A stretch of DNA of 64,000 nucleotides from Squalus acanthias. Its lineage: Eukaryota. Positions within the stretch are counted from its first letter, which is position 1; each line of letters starts with the position of its first letter. Under the pieces are notes generated by a model. It was given only the letters and a program-made list of their open reading frames with translations, had not been told where the DNA came from and searched no databases. The position numbers and the translations under genes were made by a program. The stretch lies in assembly GCA_030390025.1 (NCBI GenBank), contig CM059438.1:65784001-65848000 (forward strand). Reading direction: 5' to 3'. Positions 15,201 to 26,618 of this stretch are shown here, piece after piece.

Positions 15201-15600
15201 AAAAACATCTCTGTCCGCTCAGTGTAAGAACGAATGGTTCGCGAGCTCGGTCATACACGTCGAGGCTGCCGATGAATCCCATAGGCGCAGTCATGATTGC
15301 CTTGATACATTTCACTGTCTTTTGGATGAGACATTAAACTGAGGCCCCATCTGCCCTCTGGAAGGATAAAAGATCCTGTGTCACTATTTTGAAGTATAAC
15401 AGGGGAATTCTCCCTGGTGTCATGGCCAAAATTTATCCCTCAAACAACACCTAAAAACAGACTATTTGGTCATTATTATATTACTGTTTGCAGGACCTTG
15501 CTGTGCATTACACATCAAACAGTACTTCCTTGGCTGTAAAGTGCTTTAGAACTTCCTGAAGTCATGAAAGGCGTTATAGAAATGCAAGTTTTTCTTTTCT
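12225..15600 (+). mobile_element. DeuSINE-like SINE split by the Gypsy insertion (12225-12331 and 15315-15600)
   Basis: GAGGTGCCGTC|...|(C)TGTCTTTTGGATGAGAC rejoins into the same SINE body seen intact at 43910-43950. Confidence 0.8.
12332..15314 (-). mobile_element. Decayed Ty3/Gypsy LTR retrotransposon (gag-PR-RT-RNaseH remnants, integrase missing)
   Basis: 133-bp LTR TGTAAT...ATTACA (12332-12464) with adjacent PPT; gag knuckles (CxxCxxxxHxxxxC) at 14442-14633; RT WATPIVVV, KLDLSHAY, LPYG, NQDD; RNase H CDAS..VGAV; 5-bp TSD CCGTC/CTGTC. Confidence 0.9.
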
Positions 15601-16564
15601 TTCAAGTTGTCCAGGAGATTCCACAGCGGCCCAGTGCCTTAATCCTTCGATGCTACTGAGCTATCCAAAGTAGAAAGGTCCCAGGTTTCATCACTGGTCT
15701 GTTCCCTTTTGGCAGATCACAGCTGAGGCAGTGGTGAGGGTGCACAGCTGACTCAGCATTATTTGTAGGGAGGGGAAAGTTTGCTCCTGATTGTCATTCA
15801 CTGATGGAACGGGGGAGAAAAGACGAGATCAGACTCGGATATATCGCCGTCCGCAATTGCCTGTAATCATTCCTGTCCAACCACAGATATTAAGAAAGGC
15901 CACTTGCGCAAATTATCAGAGGTCTTTCAGCGGCCAGGTTGCAATGAGTTTCAGGTTGCAGTGAGTCTCACGTGTTTAATTATGCCATGTATTTTCCAAT
16001 TTCTTTGCAACCAGTTTTTAAAGCAGGCAAAAAGGAACAAAAAACATGAATTAGAAAAGAATCAAAATAGGTTTATTTTCTTCTTTGTTGTGCTTTCCAG
16101 GGTGCTGGATTGGAACCATTGGTATGCTGGGATAGTCTAGTTTGGTGTACACCATTTGCAACCTGATGCACTGTATCCCTGACTCTGGAGTTTACTGAAT
16201 GAGGTGAATAATACAGGTGAGACATTCGCAAACATTTCCCACTGATATTGATGTCAAGGATGTTGAGGCCTTGGAGAGGGTGCAGAGCAGATTTACTAGA
16301 ATGGTACCAGGGATGAGGAACGTAGTTAAGTGGCGAGACTAGAGAAGCTGGGATTGTTTTCTTTAGAGCAGTGAAGTTTAAGGAGAGATTCAATAGAGGT
16401 GTTCAAAATTATATGGGCTTTTGTTAGAGTAAATAAGGAGACACTTTTACAGCTGGCCAGAGGGTCGATAACCAAAGGACATATATTTAAGATAATTGTC
16501 AAAAGAACCCGGGGTAGATGCGGAGAATTATTTTTATGCAGCAAGTTGTTTCTTCCCTTTCACC

Positions 16565-17000
16565 CTTTCGCTGTGCTCACTGACCTTACATTGGCTCCCA
16601 GTTAAGCAACGCCTCCATTTTAAAATTCTCATCCTTGTTTTCAAATTTCTCCATGGCCTCACCTCTCCCTGTCTCTGTAATCTCTTCCAGCCCTACAACC
16701 CCCCGAGATATCTGCGCTCCTCCAATTCTGGCCTCTTGAGCATCTCCGATTATAATCGCTCGACCATTGGCAGCCGTGTCTTCAACTGCCAAGGCCCTAA
16801 GCTCTGGAATTCCCTCCCGAAACCTCCCCACCTCTCTTAAATGCTTCTTAAAACCTACCTCTTTGACCAAGCCTTTGGTCATCTGCCCTAATATCTCCTT
16901 ATATGGCTGGATGTCAAATTTTGTTTGATAACGCTCCTGTGAAGCACCTTGGGATGATTTACTACATTAAAGGTGCTATACAAAATTCAAGTTGTTGTTA
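16565..17000 (+). mobile_element. L2 LINE 3' fragment
   Basis: LHWLPV..R..FKIL...LRSS...GPKLWNSLP and a CAAGTTGTTGTT tail. Confidence 0.8.
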
Positions 17001-20000
17001 TCTGGAATGCACTGCCTGAAAGGTTGGTGGAAGCAGATTCAACAATAACTTTTAAATGGGAATTGGATATACACTTGAAAAGGAAAGAAATTCAGGGCTA
17101 TGGGGAAAGAGCAGGGAGTGGGATGACTTGGCTAGCTCTTTGAAAGAGGTACAATGGGCCAAATGGCCTCCTTCTGTGCTGTATCGGTCTATGATTCTAT
17201 ATTGTCGTGTCTCTGTTTCGTTGAATGAATTGAGAGTATGATAGCAAAATTGGCATGTTCAATGCAGGGCACATTGCTTTTAAATCTTTCAAAGGGAATT
17301 TTTCTTCCTGAATTTTATGACAGCACACCACATAAACCAGTGAAGAAAAAGATAAATATTTATTGCATCAAATTGTTCTTATCTAGAGAATGCTCATTGT
17401 TTTTTATATTTTAATCAATCAGGGTTTGGATACTAAATTTTTAATATCTTTTTCAAATTGATTTTGAAATAATTTCTTCAGGGACTGCCTGCTTGTAAAT
17501 CATGCCATCACTGTGCCTTTATACATAACCTGAGTTGTAACCACATGGGCAAAGGGTGTAGGGAACCCATTCGCACGACTTTTAATGCATTCTGTTGCAT
17601 GTTGGAAAGAAACTTCATGCAACTAAATGTTTCTGTGAAGTCCTAAATGCTTTCAAATGGAAATTTAAAAGTGCGTATAGAAATCTGTAAAATGTTATTT
17701 AAAAATCTATCGAGTATAGTGTGTTATCAGCATTTGACGATAATTAAATTCTGCTTGCTGATGAACTGCAAATCTCCATTTTGAAGGCTGAGCTGACTAA
17801 AGCTCCATTTCAGTGTTTTATTTGAACGGTAATGTTCCACTTTATTGTCGGGAGAAAGAGGTTGATGCAAGATTGATCTGAGAGGTGGGATGAATAAAGA
17901 GTTTATAAATGCATCTTTACTTACTGTTACATGCACTTCCTTTTAGCAGCAGATATAATTGAAAAAGACTGCGTTCACTTTGCAATGTGTAAGTATGCAC
18001 AGACCCTTAATTTTTAATTTTGGTATATATTAAAATGCTTTGCCAGGCCAAAAGGTGTTTCGAAGTGAAATAAAGTTGGTGAATGTGACAGACTGTCTTT
18101 CACTGATAAGTGGACATGGAATGTGCTTTGATGTGCTTTACTGAAAAGCAGCAAACATTAGGTGAGCAAATGTGCTTTTAAAAGAAACTGTTCAATCGGA
18201 GCTGCTATGTGATGGAGATATTTCAAGAGCTGGGTGTCAGATAGTAGATACTGACAGAACAAATGGTTGTGACTGCAGGGGGTAGTCATAGACAACAGAG
18301 ATAAACAAACTCCCTTAGATTTGTAGACTCTTGTATCTACAATGAACAGGCCAGGGTTGTGGAACGATTTTTGGTGGCCAATAGGGAGAAGTCAAACATT
18401 GGGAGTTCTGAAATACAGGATGCAACGTAACACATGAAATGTGACCAAGTGCTTCACTGCCACTTCTGTAAACTTTTATGAGTGAATGAACAACAATTTG
18501 GGCTTTGATAAAGACAGCTAACAGGTAACCACACAAGATGTGTGGGTCTGAAAGTTTGTCAGCTCAAACAACTCAGGTCGAACATTAAAGGAACACCTCT
18601 CAATCTCTGAATGATTGATTTACTGAGAAAGGCAAGGAAAACTGTATAAAAGACAGTGACTCAAAATATCGGTACTGCAGTCGAAAGGCGGAGAGCTACT
18701 GCAGTCAAAAGGCGAAGTGCTACTGCAGTCGGAAGGAGGGGCCTGGCCAATCATTTCACCTAGTCATAGAGTCATAGAGTTATACAACACAGAAAGAGGC
18801 CCTTCGGCCCATCGTGTCTGCACCGGCCATCAAGCCCTGTCTATTCTAATCCCATTTTCCAGCACTTGGTCCGTAGCCTTGTATGCTATGGCGTTTCAAG
18901 TGCTCATCTAAATGCTTCTTGAATGTTTTGAGGGTTCCTGCCTCTACCACCCTTTCAGGCAGTGAGTTCCAGATTCCAACCACCCTCTGGGTGAAAAAGT
19001 TTTTCCTCAAATCCCCTCTAAACCTCCTGCCCCTTACCTTCAAACTATGCCCCCTGGTTATTGACCCCTCTACTAAGGGGAAAAGTTCCTTTCTATCTAC
19101 CCTATCTATGCCCCTCATAATTTTGTACACCTCAATCAGGTCCCCCCTCAGCCTTCTCTGCTCTAAGGAAAACAACCCCAGCCTGTCCAGTCTCTCTTCA
19201 TAGCTGAAGCGCTGAAGCCCAGGTCACATCCTGGTGAATCTCCTCTGCACCCTCTCCAATGCAATCACATCCTTCCTATAGTGTGGCAACCAGAACTACA
19301 CACAGTATTCCAGCTGTGGCCTAAGTAGCGTGTTGTACAGCTCCATCATAACCTCCCTGCTCTTATATTCTATGCCTCGGCCAATGAAGGCAAGTATCCC
19401 ATATGCCTTTTTAACCACCTTATCTACCTGTCCTGCTGCCTTCAGGGATCTATGTACATGCACACCAAGGTCCCTCTGATCCTCTATCCTTCCTAGGGTC
19501 CTACCATTCATTGTGTATTCCCTTGCCTTGTTAGTCCTCCCAAAATGCATCACCTCACACTTTTCAGGGTTAAATTCCATTTGTCACTGTTCTGCCCATC
19601 TGACCAACCCGTCTATATCGTCCTGTAGCCTGAGGCTTCCCTCCTCGCTATTTACCACTCCACCAATTTTCGTGTCATCTGCGAACTTACTGATCATACC
19701 TCCTACATTCATATCTAAATCATTAATGTATACTACAAACAGCAAAGGACCCAGCACCGATCCCTGCGGTACACCACTGGACACAGGCTTCCAGTCACAA
19801 AAACAACCTTCGGCCATCATCCTCTGCCTCCTGCCACAAAGCCAATTTTGGATCCAATGTGCCAAGTTGCCCTGGATCCCATGGGCTCTTACCTTCTTGA
19901 CCAGTCTCCCATGCGGGACTTTGTCAAAAGCCTTACTGAATTCCATGTAGACCACATCAACTGCACTACCCTCATCCACACACCTAGTCACCCCCTCGAA

Positions 20001-20835
20001 AAATTCTATCAAATTGGTCAGACATGATCTCCCCCTGACAAAGCCATGCTGACTATCCTTGATTAATCCTTGCCTCTCCCTCGGAATTTTTTCCAATAAT
20101 TTCCCTACCACTGATGTTAGGCTCACTGGCCTGTAATTCCCTGGTTTATCCCGACTACCCTTCTTGAATAATGATACTACGTTAGCTATTCTCCAGTCCT
20201 CTGGCACCTCCCCTGTGGCCAGAGAGGTTCTGAAAATTTGTGTCAGAGCCCCTGCAATCTCCTCCCTTGCCTCACACAGTAGCCTGGGAGACATCTCGTC
20301 TGGGCCTGGGGATTTATCCACTTTTAAGCCCGCTAAAACCGCTAGTAACTCCTCCCTCTCAATACTAATTTGTTCAAGTATATCACAATCCCCCTGCCTG
20401 ATTTCTATGCCTACATCGTCCTTCTCCATAGTGAACACAGATGCAAAATATTCATTTAAAACCTCACCTACATCTTCTGGCTCTACACACAGATTGCCAT
20501 TTTGGTCCCTAATGGGCCCTACTCTTTCCCTGGTTATCCTCTTGCCCTTAATATACTTATAAAACACCTTGGGATTTTCCTTTATTTTGCCCGCCAGTGT
20601 TTTTTCATGCCCCCTCTTTGCTCTCCTAATTTCTTTTTAAGTACCCCCCTGCACTTTCTATACTCCTCTAGGGCTTCCACTGTTTTTAGTCCTTTGTATC
20701 TGCCAAAAGCCTCCTTTTTTTTCCTAATCCATTCTCGTATATCTCTTGACATCCAGGGTTCCCTGGGCTTGTTAGTCCCACCCTTGACCTTTACGGGAAC
20801 ATGTTGGCGTTGTACTCTCTCTATTTCCTTTCTGA

Positions 20836-21042
20836 TGCGGAGATGCCGGTGTTGGACTGGGGTGGACAAAAGTGAGAAGTCGCACAACACCAGGTTATAG
20901 TCCAACAGCTTTATTTGAAATCACAAGCTTTCGGAGCGGCTGCTCCTTCGTCCGTTCACCTGACGAAGGAGCAGCGCTCCGAAAGCTTGTGATTTCAAAT
21001 AAAGCTGTTGGACTATAACCTGGTGTTGTGCGACTTCTCACT
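20836..21042. mobile_element. Penelope-like-element-derived foldback insertion inside the CR1
   Basis: 14-bp TSD TATTTCCTTTCTGA (20822-20835, 21043-21056); ~82-bp inverted arms; contains a hammerhead core. Confidence 0.75.
20956..20992 (+). ncRNA. Minimal type I hammerhead ribozyme (Penelope-type)
   Basis: TCAC-CTGACGA-A-GGAGC agc GCTCC-GAAAG-CTT-GTGA: helix I TCAC/GTGA, helix II GGAGC/GCTCC, palindromic AGCT helix III, CUU triplet. Confidence 0.75.
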
Positions 21043-22993
21043 TATTTCCTTTCTGAAAGACTCCCACTGCTCTGATGTGGATTTTCCTACAAGTAGCTGA
21101 TCCCAGTCCACTTTGGCCAGATCCTGCCTTATCATATTAAAATCGGCCTTCCCCCAATTTAGAAACTTTATTTTTGGTCCATCTTTGTCCTTTTCAATGA
21201 CTACCTTAAATTTCACCGAATTATGGTCACTGTCACCAAAATGCTCTCCTACTAACACTTCTACCACTTGCCCGGCTACATTCCCTAGAATTAGGTCCAG
21301 TACCGCCCCCTCTCTTGTAGGACTTTCTGGCTCAAAAAGCTCTCCTGGATGCACTTTAAGAATTCCGCACCCTCTAAGCCTTTCACACTCTGACTATCAC
21401 AGTTAATATTGGGGAAGTTGAAATCCCCTACTATTATTACCCTATTATTTCTCTGAGATTTGCCTACATATCTGTTCCTCTATCTCCCCCTGACTGTTTG
21501 GGGGCCTATAGTACACTCCCAGCAAAGTGCTTGCCCCCTTTTTGTTTTTAAGTTCTACCCATATGGCCTCATTAGAGGAACCTGCTAAGATATCATCACT
21601 CCTTACAGCAGCAATTGACTCCTTGATTAATATTGTGACACCCCCTCCTCTTTTACACCCCCCTCTGTCTTGCCGGAATATTGAGCTGCCAGTCCTGCCC
21701 CTCCCTCAACCATGTCTCTGTGATAGCAACAATATCATACACCCATGTGTTCATCAACACCTTCAATTCATCTGCCTTACTCGCAAGACTCCTTGCATTA
21801 AAATAAATGCCATCCAGCCTTGCCATACTCCCTTGTGCCATTACATATTTGCTCTGCCTTCCAGGCTGACTTGTTTTTTCCTCTATATTTGGCTGTGCAT
21901 CACCCCCTACTATAGCTCCACTCCGTTTCCCATCCCCCTGCCAAGTTAGTTTAAACACCCCCCAACAGTACTAGCAAACCTCCCCACAAGGAGGTTGGTC
22001 CCGTTCCAGTTCAGGTGCAACCCGTCCGACTTGTACTGGTCCCACTTTCCCCAGAAGCAGACCCAGTGATCCAGGAAACTAAAGCCCTCCCTCCTGCACC
22101 AACTCTTTAGCCACGCATTCATCTGCTCTATCCTCCTATTCCTATACTCACTAGCACGTGGCACCGGGAGTAATCCAGATATTACAACCTTTGAGGTCCT
22201 GCTTTTTAATCTGCTACTTAGCTCCCTAAATTCTTGTTGCAGGACCTCATCCCTCTTTCTACCCATGTCGCTGGTACCAATGTGAACCACGACCTCTGAC
22301 TGTTCGCCCTCCCCCTTCAGAATGCCCTGCAGCCGTTCAGTGACATCCTTGACCCTGGCATCAGGGAGGCAACATACCATCCTGGAGTCATGTCTGTGGC
22401 CACAGAAGCGTCTATCTGTTCCCCTTACGATAGAATCCCCTATCACTATTGCTCTCCCACTCTTTTTCCTCCCCTCCTGTGCAGCTGAGCCACTCGTAGT
22501 GCCACAGACTTGGCTCTTGTTGCATTCCCCTGAGAAACCATCTCCCCCATCAGTATCCAAAACAGAAAATCTGTCGGAGAGGGAGATGGACCCAGGGGAC
22601 TTCTGCACTACCTTCCTAGTTCTTTTACTCTCTCTGGCGGTCACCCATTCCCTGTCTGCCTGTGCACTCTTTACCTGCAGTGTGACCACCTTGTTAAATG
22701 TGCTATCCACGAAGATCTCAGCTGCAGTCGGAAGGAGGTGGCCTGGCCAGTCATCTCGCCTACAAGGACATATAATCAACGCTGGACTGATCATCTGCGG
22801 GTGGTTGTATGTATGATTTCTTGTATTATTGGTGGACTGCTCGACTAGTGGTTGGAGTTTTGAATCTGTCTTAGGAACAATAAATGGTTAAAGACAGAAC
22901 CCGTGTGTCTGGTGTAATTTCTCATAAGTCCCAAGTCCAAACTCTATAACCTGCTGGACAGGGCGAGGGCTAATTCTGCACGTCCTACAGATT

Positions 22994-23011
22994 TGGTGAC
23001 CACAAAGGGAC
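22994..23011 (+). promoter_or_regulatory. Old ERV primer-binding site, tRNA-Arg(UCG)-like
   Basis: TGGTGACCACAAAGGGAC differs from TGGCGACCACGAAGGGAC (complement of a recalled vertebrate Arg-TCG 3' end) by two CpG-type transitions; 4 nt after the LTR CA. Confidence 0.75.
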
Positions 23012-23147
23012 TTGAGTGAGAAATTTATGGACCATTAATATGGGTGGGAAAACCGCTAAAATGATGGACGAGTTAGTTACTAAATATGTTGTGGGAAAGT
23101 TGCCTCTGAAAGTGAGGTGGATTCGGATCATCATAGATGGGGATGAC

Positions 23148-24805
23148 TGTAGAATTCGCAATATATCGCGATTTTATTAATAAGGAGAAAACACAGAGTT
23201 TCGTTCAAACAGCTTTTATTCCAGCAGAATGCTGCCAGGTTTCTCAAAGTAGACACAAGCAGCCTGTAAAATGGCCGCCGCACCTCGTGACAGAACATTC
23301 TAGACTTTTCGACAGGCAGACAAGATGGCGTTCCAATAAACATTTGTGCAAGATCGATTAAGATTCAGCACAGTGAAGATAATACACGAGACATCATGGG
23401 TTTGCAGTATACACATAAATACTGAAATCGGTCTCCCAGGTACGAATGAAAGCTATTGTACCGAGTAATCAAGGGCCCATCCAAAAGACATTAATATGTA
23501 AAATCCCAACGACTCTACGATGAGAGAGCCGTTAGCAGGTAGTTATACAAAACACTTGGAAGCCCCAAAACCCCTCCAGGGAGAACACCGACCGATTTAA
23601 CAATGGGAGAAATATTAACAGGTACTCAGACAGTTACGAGTAGCCCCGAAACCCATTAAGAACGGAGATCACCCATACAAGACATTTGAGCGCCAGACCC
23701 AAACAAAAGAAAGGACATTAAGGTTGGGCGGGAAACGGAAGATTTTGTACTATAATTACAAGATCCAACCGTCCATCTTTCTCTTATTCTCTTATCCGAT
23801 CGACTCGTAACCTCGTGGCTGCTCCTGTGTTTTGACTCGTAGTCGGGTTCCTGCTTGCCTGGTGCCTCTTTGAAAAAGACTGTTGAACTTTCTGATCCGT
23901 TCGGATCTACCTCGTGTCGCGTAACGAAGACCTATGTTGGTAACTGGCAGCGGAACCAAAGACCCGAGATGAGATGAGATGAGATGAGATGAGATGAGAT
24001 GAGATGAGAAGAGAGGAAGACCATACTCATCGCCACGGTCAGTAAATCCCGACCGCGCCTGTAGGTCGAATAGCCAAGTTTTCCTTGCCAGGAAGACTTC
24101 TTTGAACTTGCAAGAACGGTTCATCATCGATGATATTGACTGAACTGTGAACCCTGCTCGGAAAAGTACCTGTTAAACCAACCAACACAGATCTTCATCA
24201 CAGCAGACGATCCAGCCTGCTAGCCAGAGCCGAAGCAAGTAAACAAGTGGGCCCAGGAGATCTCCTGACCGACACGTGGGTGCTGCGGTGAAAAACATCC
24301 GATCAGCTATTCGGAATTTCTCCGAGTTATCACGAGTGGTGAGCATGAGTCTCGAAATCCTACGAATCTAGTTAGGATAGATATTGATAGGGGAGGGTTT
24401 AAGTATTAAGGATACTTGTAATGTGTGCCCCTATTTACGGTGTGTCGTTCGTTCCTCGTTTCCCTAGGATCAGCTATATAACTGCTTGTAAGATTGTACT
24501 GTCATTAATCTGTGCTTATGACATGTATTTCATAATCTTAAATATCATGCAATAAAGATTTTCCATTTCGTACCATTCAACCGAGTCTACATGAGTTTCA
24601 TCTCCATTACTGCTCTCGCATCTAAGTCCAGTGTCTAGAACCGTAAGGGCGAGTGATTCGAACCACTCACAGGTGTGTCTAGTGCTCCCAGACTGGCTGG
24701 AGACCAGAACAGGCAACAAGGCCTAAACCCACACTGACATACAGGCTGCACAGAGCCGCGTGAATCTCACAGGCTGCGAGACACGCAGGGTCAGAATCCC
24801 TTACA
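23148..24805 (+). repeat. Young ERV 5' LTR (1658 bp)
   Basis: TGTA...TACA; matches 34210-35857 except three substitutions seen by eye and (GAGAT)8 vs (GAGAT)6; AATAAA at 24551. Confidence 0.97.
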
Positions 24806-24809
24806 GAAA

Positions 24810-26618
24810 ATGGCGACCGCGGCAGGACACTGGCAGCGAGAGGGTAGTGTGTTAGACTTTGGAATGACTGTACGAAATGTTATGCAGGAAAAGATAGCAG
24901 ATTATGTGTTCGGAAAGGTTAATCTAACTAAGAAATGGATAAGTGAATTGTTAGCGGATAAAAGCCCGCTAGAGGCAGCCGAAAGGTGGACAGATAGTAA
25001 AGAACATAAAAAGACACTCGAGAAAGCAGTCTGGCTTATGTGTTACAAAAGGCAGGTTCAGATTTCAAACCAGACCATTACAGCGCTAGTAGCTCGAATC
25101 AGTCATTTAGAGGGAGAAATGGATGAGAAGGTTTCTGGAGGGGAAATGCTCATTAGGAATTTAAGTGCGTTGCACCAAGAAAGCCAGGAAATCTCCAGTC
25201 ACCATAAAACAAGGATAGATTATCTCGAGTGCCAGGTCACTGAGGCAAAGTTAAATGAGAGCAGGTTAAAGGAAAGATGTGCCCGCCAAGCTGCCCAGAT
25301 AAGAACTCAGGAAGAGAGCTTAACGGGGGTTAGGGCGGCATATAAGTTGGCCCTTGAGGATAAGTTTCAGGGAGCCGACCATAGAGCCTGCCAAAAAGAG
25401 ATAGAGCACCTCAAAAAGGCCGTAAACAAAGCGCACGGCATGGTGTGCCTTATCAGTCCGTCAGCACACCAGCCGCTAGTAAGTGAGAAGTTTAAGAAAT
25501 CCCCACCAAGTAAAGCAGAGGAAGTAGTAGCCACTGCGCCCTCCGCGCCACCCAGCTATTCGGAAACCTGGGTTAGGGAGGAAGCAATGGAAGAAACGAA
25601 AGAGCCCATTGAGAAAGAAGTGGGAAAGGGACCGTTGTATCCAGTAACGGGTATTAAAGGGGGCCCAAACAGAAACGGTGGGGAAGAACCAGGGGATCTC
25701 CTCGGACAGCTTGTGTTGCCTCACAGCTCACACCAGCTGAGAGCTATGATAAATCACGTACGGAAGCTGACCGAGTCAGACGACCCTTCCGTACATTTCA
25801 GAGAAGTTGAGCAAGCCGCAGCCATTAACGGCTGCGATGATGGGGAAACAGCAAAAATGCTGCTGTTCTCATTAGACAGCTCGGTCCTTCAGTGTCTCTC
25901 GGGCGAGAGCAAGAGGGGAACCAAGACTTATGAGGAATTAAAGAATGAGGTCCTGGAAGTGTTGGGGGCGAACGATGAAGGTCCGTTTGCTAGAGTGGGA
26001 CAGACAGTGCAGATGGAGGGAGAACCCCCGAAGGTTTTTGCCGACAGGCTGTGGCCAGTATATGAGCGCAGCTGTCTAGGTGCGCCCGAGCGCAAAGATG
26101 TGGAAGGCGCCGCTTTAACTCATTGGCTTAGGTGCATAATAGCCAACAGTTTACCAGCCGTCAGAGAGCAGGCAAAAGCATGGTTTGATCCCAATGACCC
26201 CAACATTACGGAAGAGTCGGTCTTGAATCGACTCACGTTAGGATATCGCAATATAAGGGGTATGGCAACACGTCCCCTTAAGGGAAGAGTACATGAGGTA
26301 CGACCCGCAGCCCCGTATCAAAGAGAGTGGCATCAGGAGGGTAATCGCGCCCCACAGGCAAGTAATGCTTGTTACGGGTGTGGGAAGACAGGGCACTGGC
26401 GCAAGCATTGCAGGAACCCTTGGAAAGATTCCAAGGATAAAAATCCCGCGGTCCGAGCCCAGGCGCCTGTCCCGGCTAGGGAAGCTAATGCACCCACCCC
26501 TCCCGACGACATCGAAGTAGTGTTAGGAGCCATGCGCAATCTATTGAGTGCACATGGAAAGGTGGCGGTCGCAACCGGCCCCGTAGGTGCCGCAGGACCG
26601 TCTAATAGTACCCCATGA
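24810..26618 (+). CDS. gag: Gag polyprotein, 602 aa
   Basis: Follows the LTR; N-terminal coiled-coil-like region, PSAPPSY late motifs, capsid-like region, one zinc knuckle CYGCGKTGHWRKHC. Confidence 0.93.
   Translation: MATAAGHWQREGSVLDFGMTVRNVMQEKIADYVFGKVNLTKKWISELLADKSPLEAAERWTDSKEHKKTLEKAVWLMCYKRQVQISNQTITALVARISHLEGEMDEKVSGGEMLIRNLSALHQESQEISSHHKTRIDYLECQVTEAKLNESRLKERCARQAAQIRTQEESLTGVRAAYKLALEDKFQGADHRACQKEIEHLKKAVNKAHGMVCLISPSAHQPLVSEKFKKSPPSKAEEVVATAPSAPPSYSETWVREEAMEETKEPIEKEVGKGPLYPVTGIKGGPNRNGGEEPGDLLGQLVLPHSSHQLRAMINHVRKLTESDDPSVHFREVEQAAAINGCDDGETAKMLLFSLDSSVLQCLSGESKRGTKTYEELKNEVLEVLGANDEGPFARVGQTVQMEGEPPKVFADRLWPVYERSCLGAPERKDVEGAALTHWLRCIIANSLPAVREQAKAWFDPNDPNITEESVLNRLTLGYRNIRGMATRPLKGRVHEVRPAAPYQREWHQEGNRAPQASNACYGCGKTGHWRKHCRNPWKDSKDKNPAVRAQAPVPAREANAPTPPDDIEVVLGAMRNLLSAHGKVAVATGPVGAAGPSNSTP
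24811..24828 (+). promoter_or_regulatory. Primer-binding site, tRNA-Arg(UCG)
   Basis: TGGCGACCGCGGCAGGAC is the complement of ...GTCCTGCCGCGGTCG-CCA, the recalled 3' end of vertebrate tRNA-Arg(TCG). Confidence 0.88.

Larger units (their letters stand above)
18762..22719 (-). mobile_element. 5'-truncated CR1 LINE with esterase-type ORF1 and fragmented APE-RT ORF2
   Basis: ORF1 SGNH motifs VIGDSIVR, VVHIGTSD, DGLHLN; APE NARSL, ITETW; RT NYRPVSL, QHGF, GVPQGSVLGP, FADD; stops and frameshifts; no TSD, ~5 bp of LTR missing at the junction. Confidence 0.93.
17988..22989 (+). repeat. Old ERV 5' LTR (17988-18761 and 22720-22989), interrupted by CR1
   Basis: Collinear with 41266-42337; TATAAAA at 18645, AATAAA at 22879; about 18 differences in the first ~230 bp by eye. 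Confidence 0.92.

Noticed and set aside
21946..22794. 282-aa SGNH esterase as a host or ERV accessory gene
   Set aside because: Chimeric ORF: antisense old-LTR sequence fused to truncated CR1 ORF1 at the 22719/22720 junction.
23131..24719. Short antisense ORFs in the young LTRs (also 34196-35771)
   Set aside because: They are 61-111 aa with no motifs, are duplicated only because the LTR is duplicated, and one is frameshifted by the microsatellite difference.
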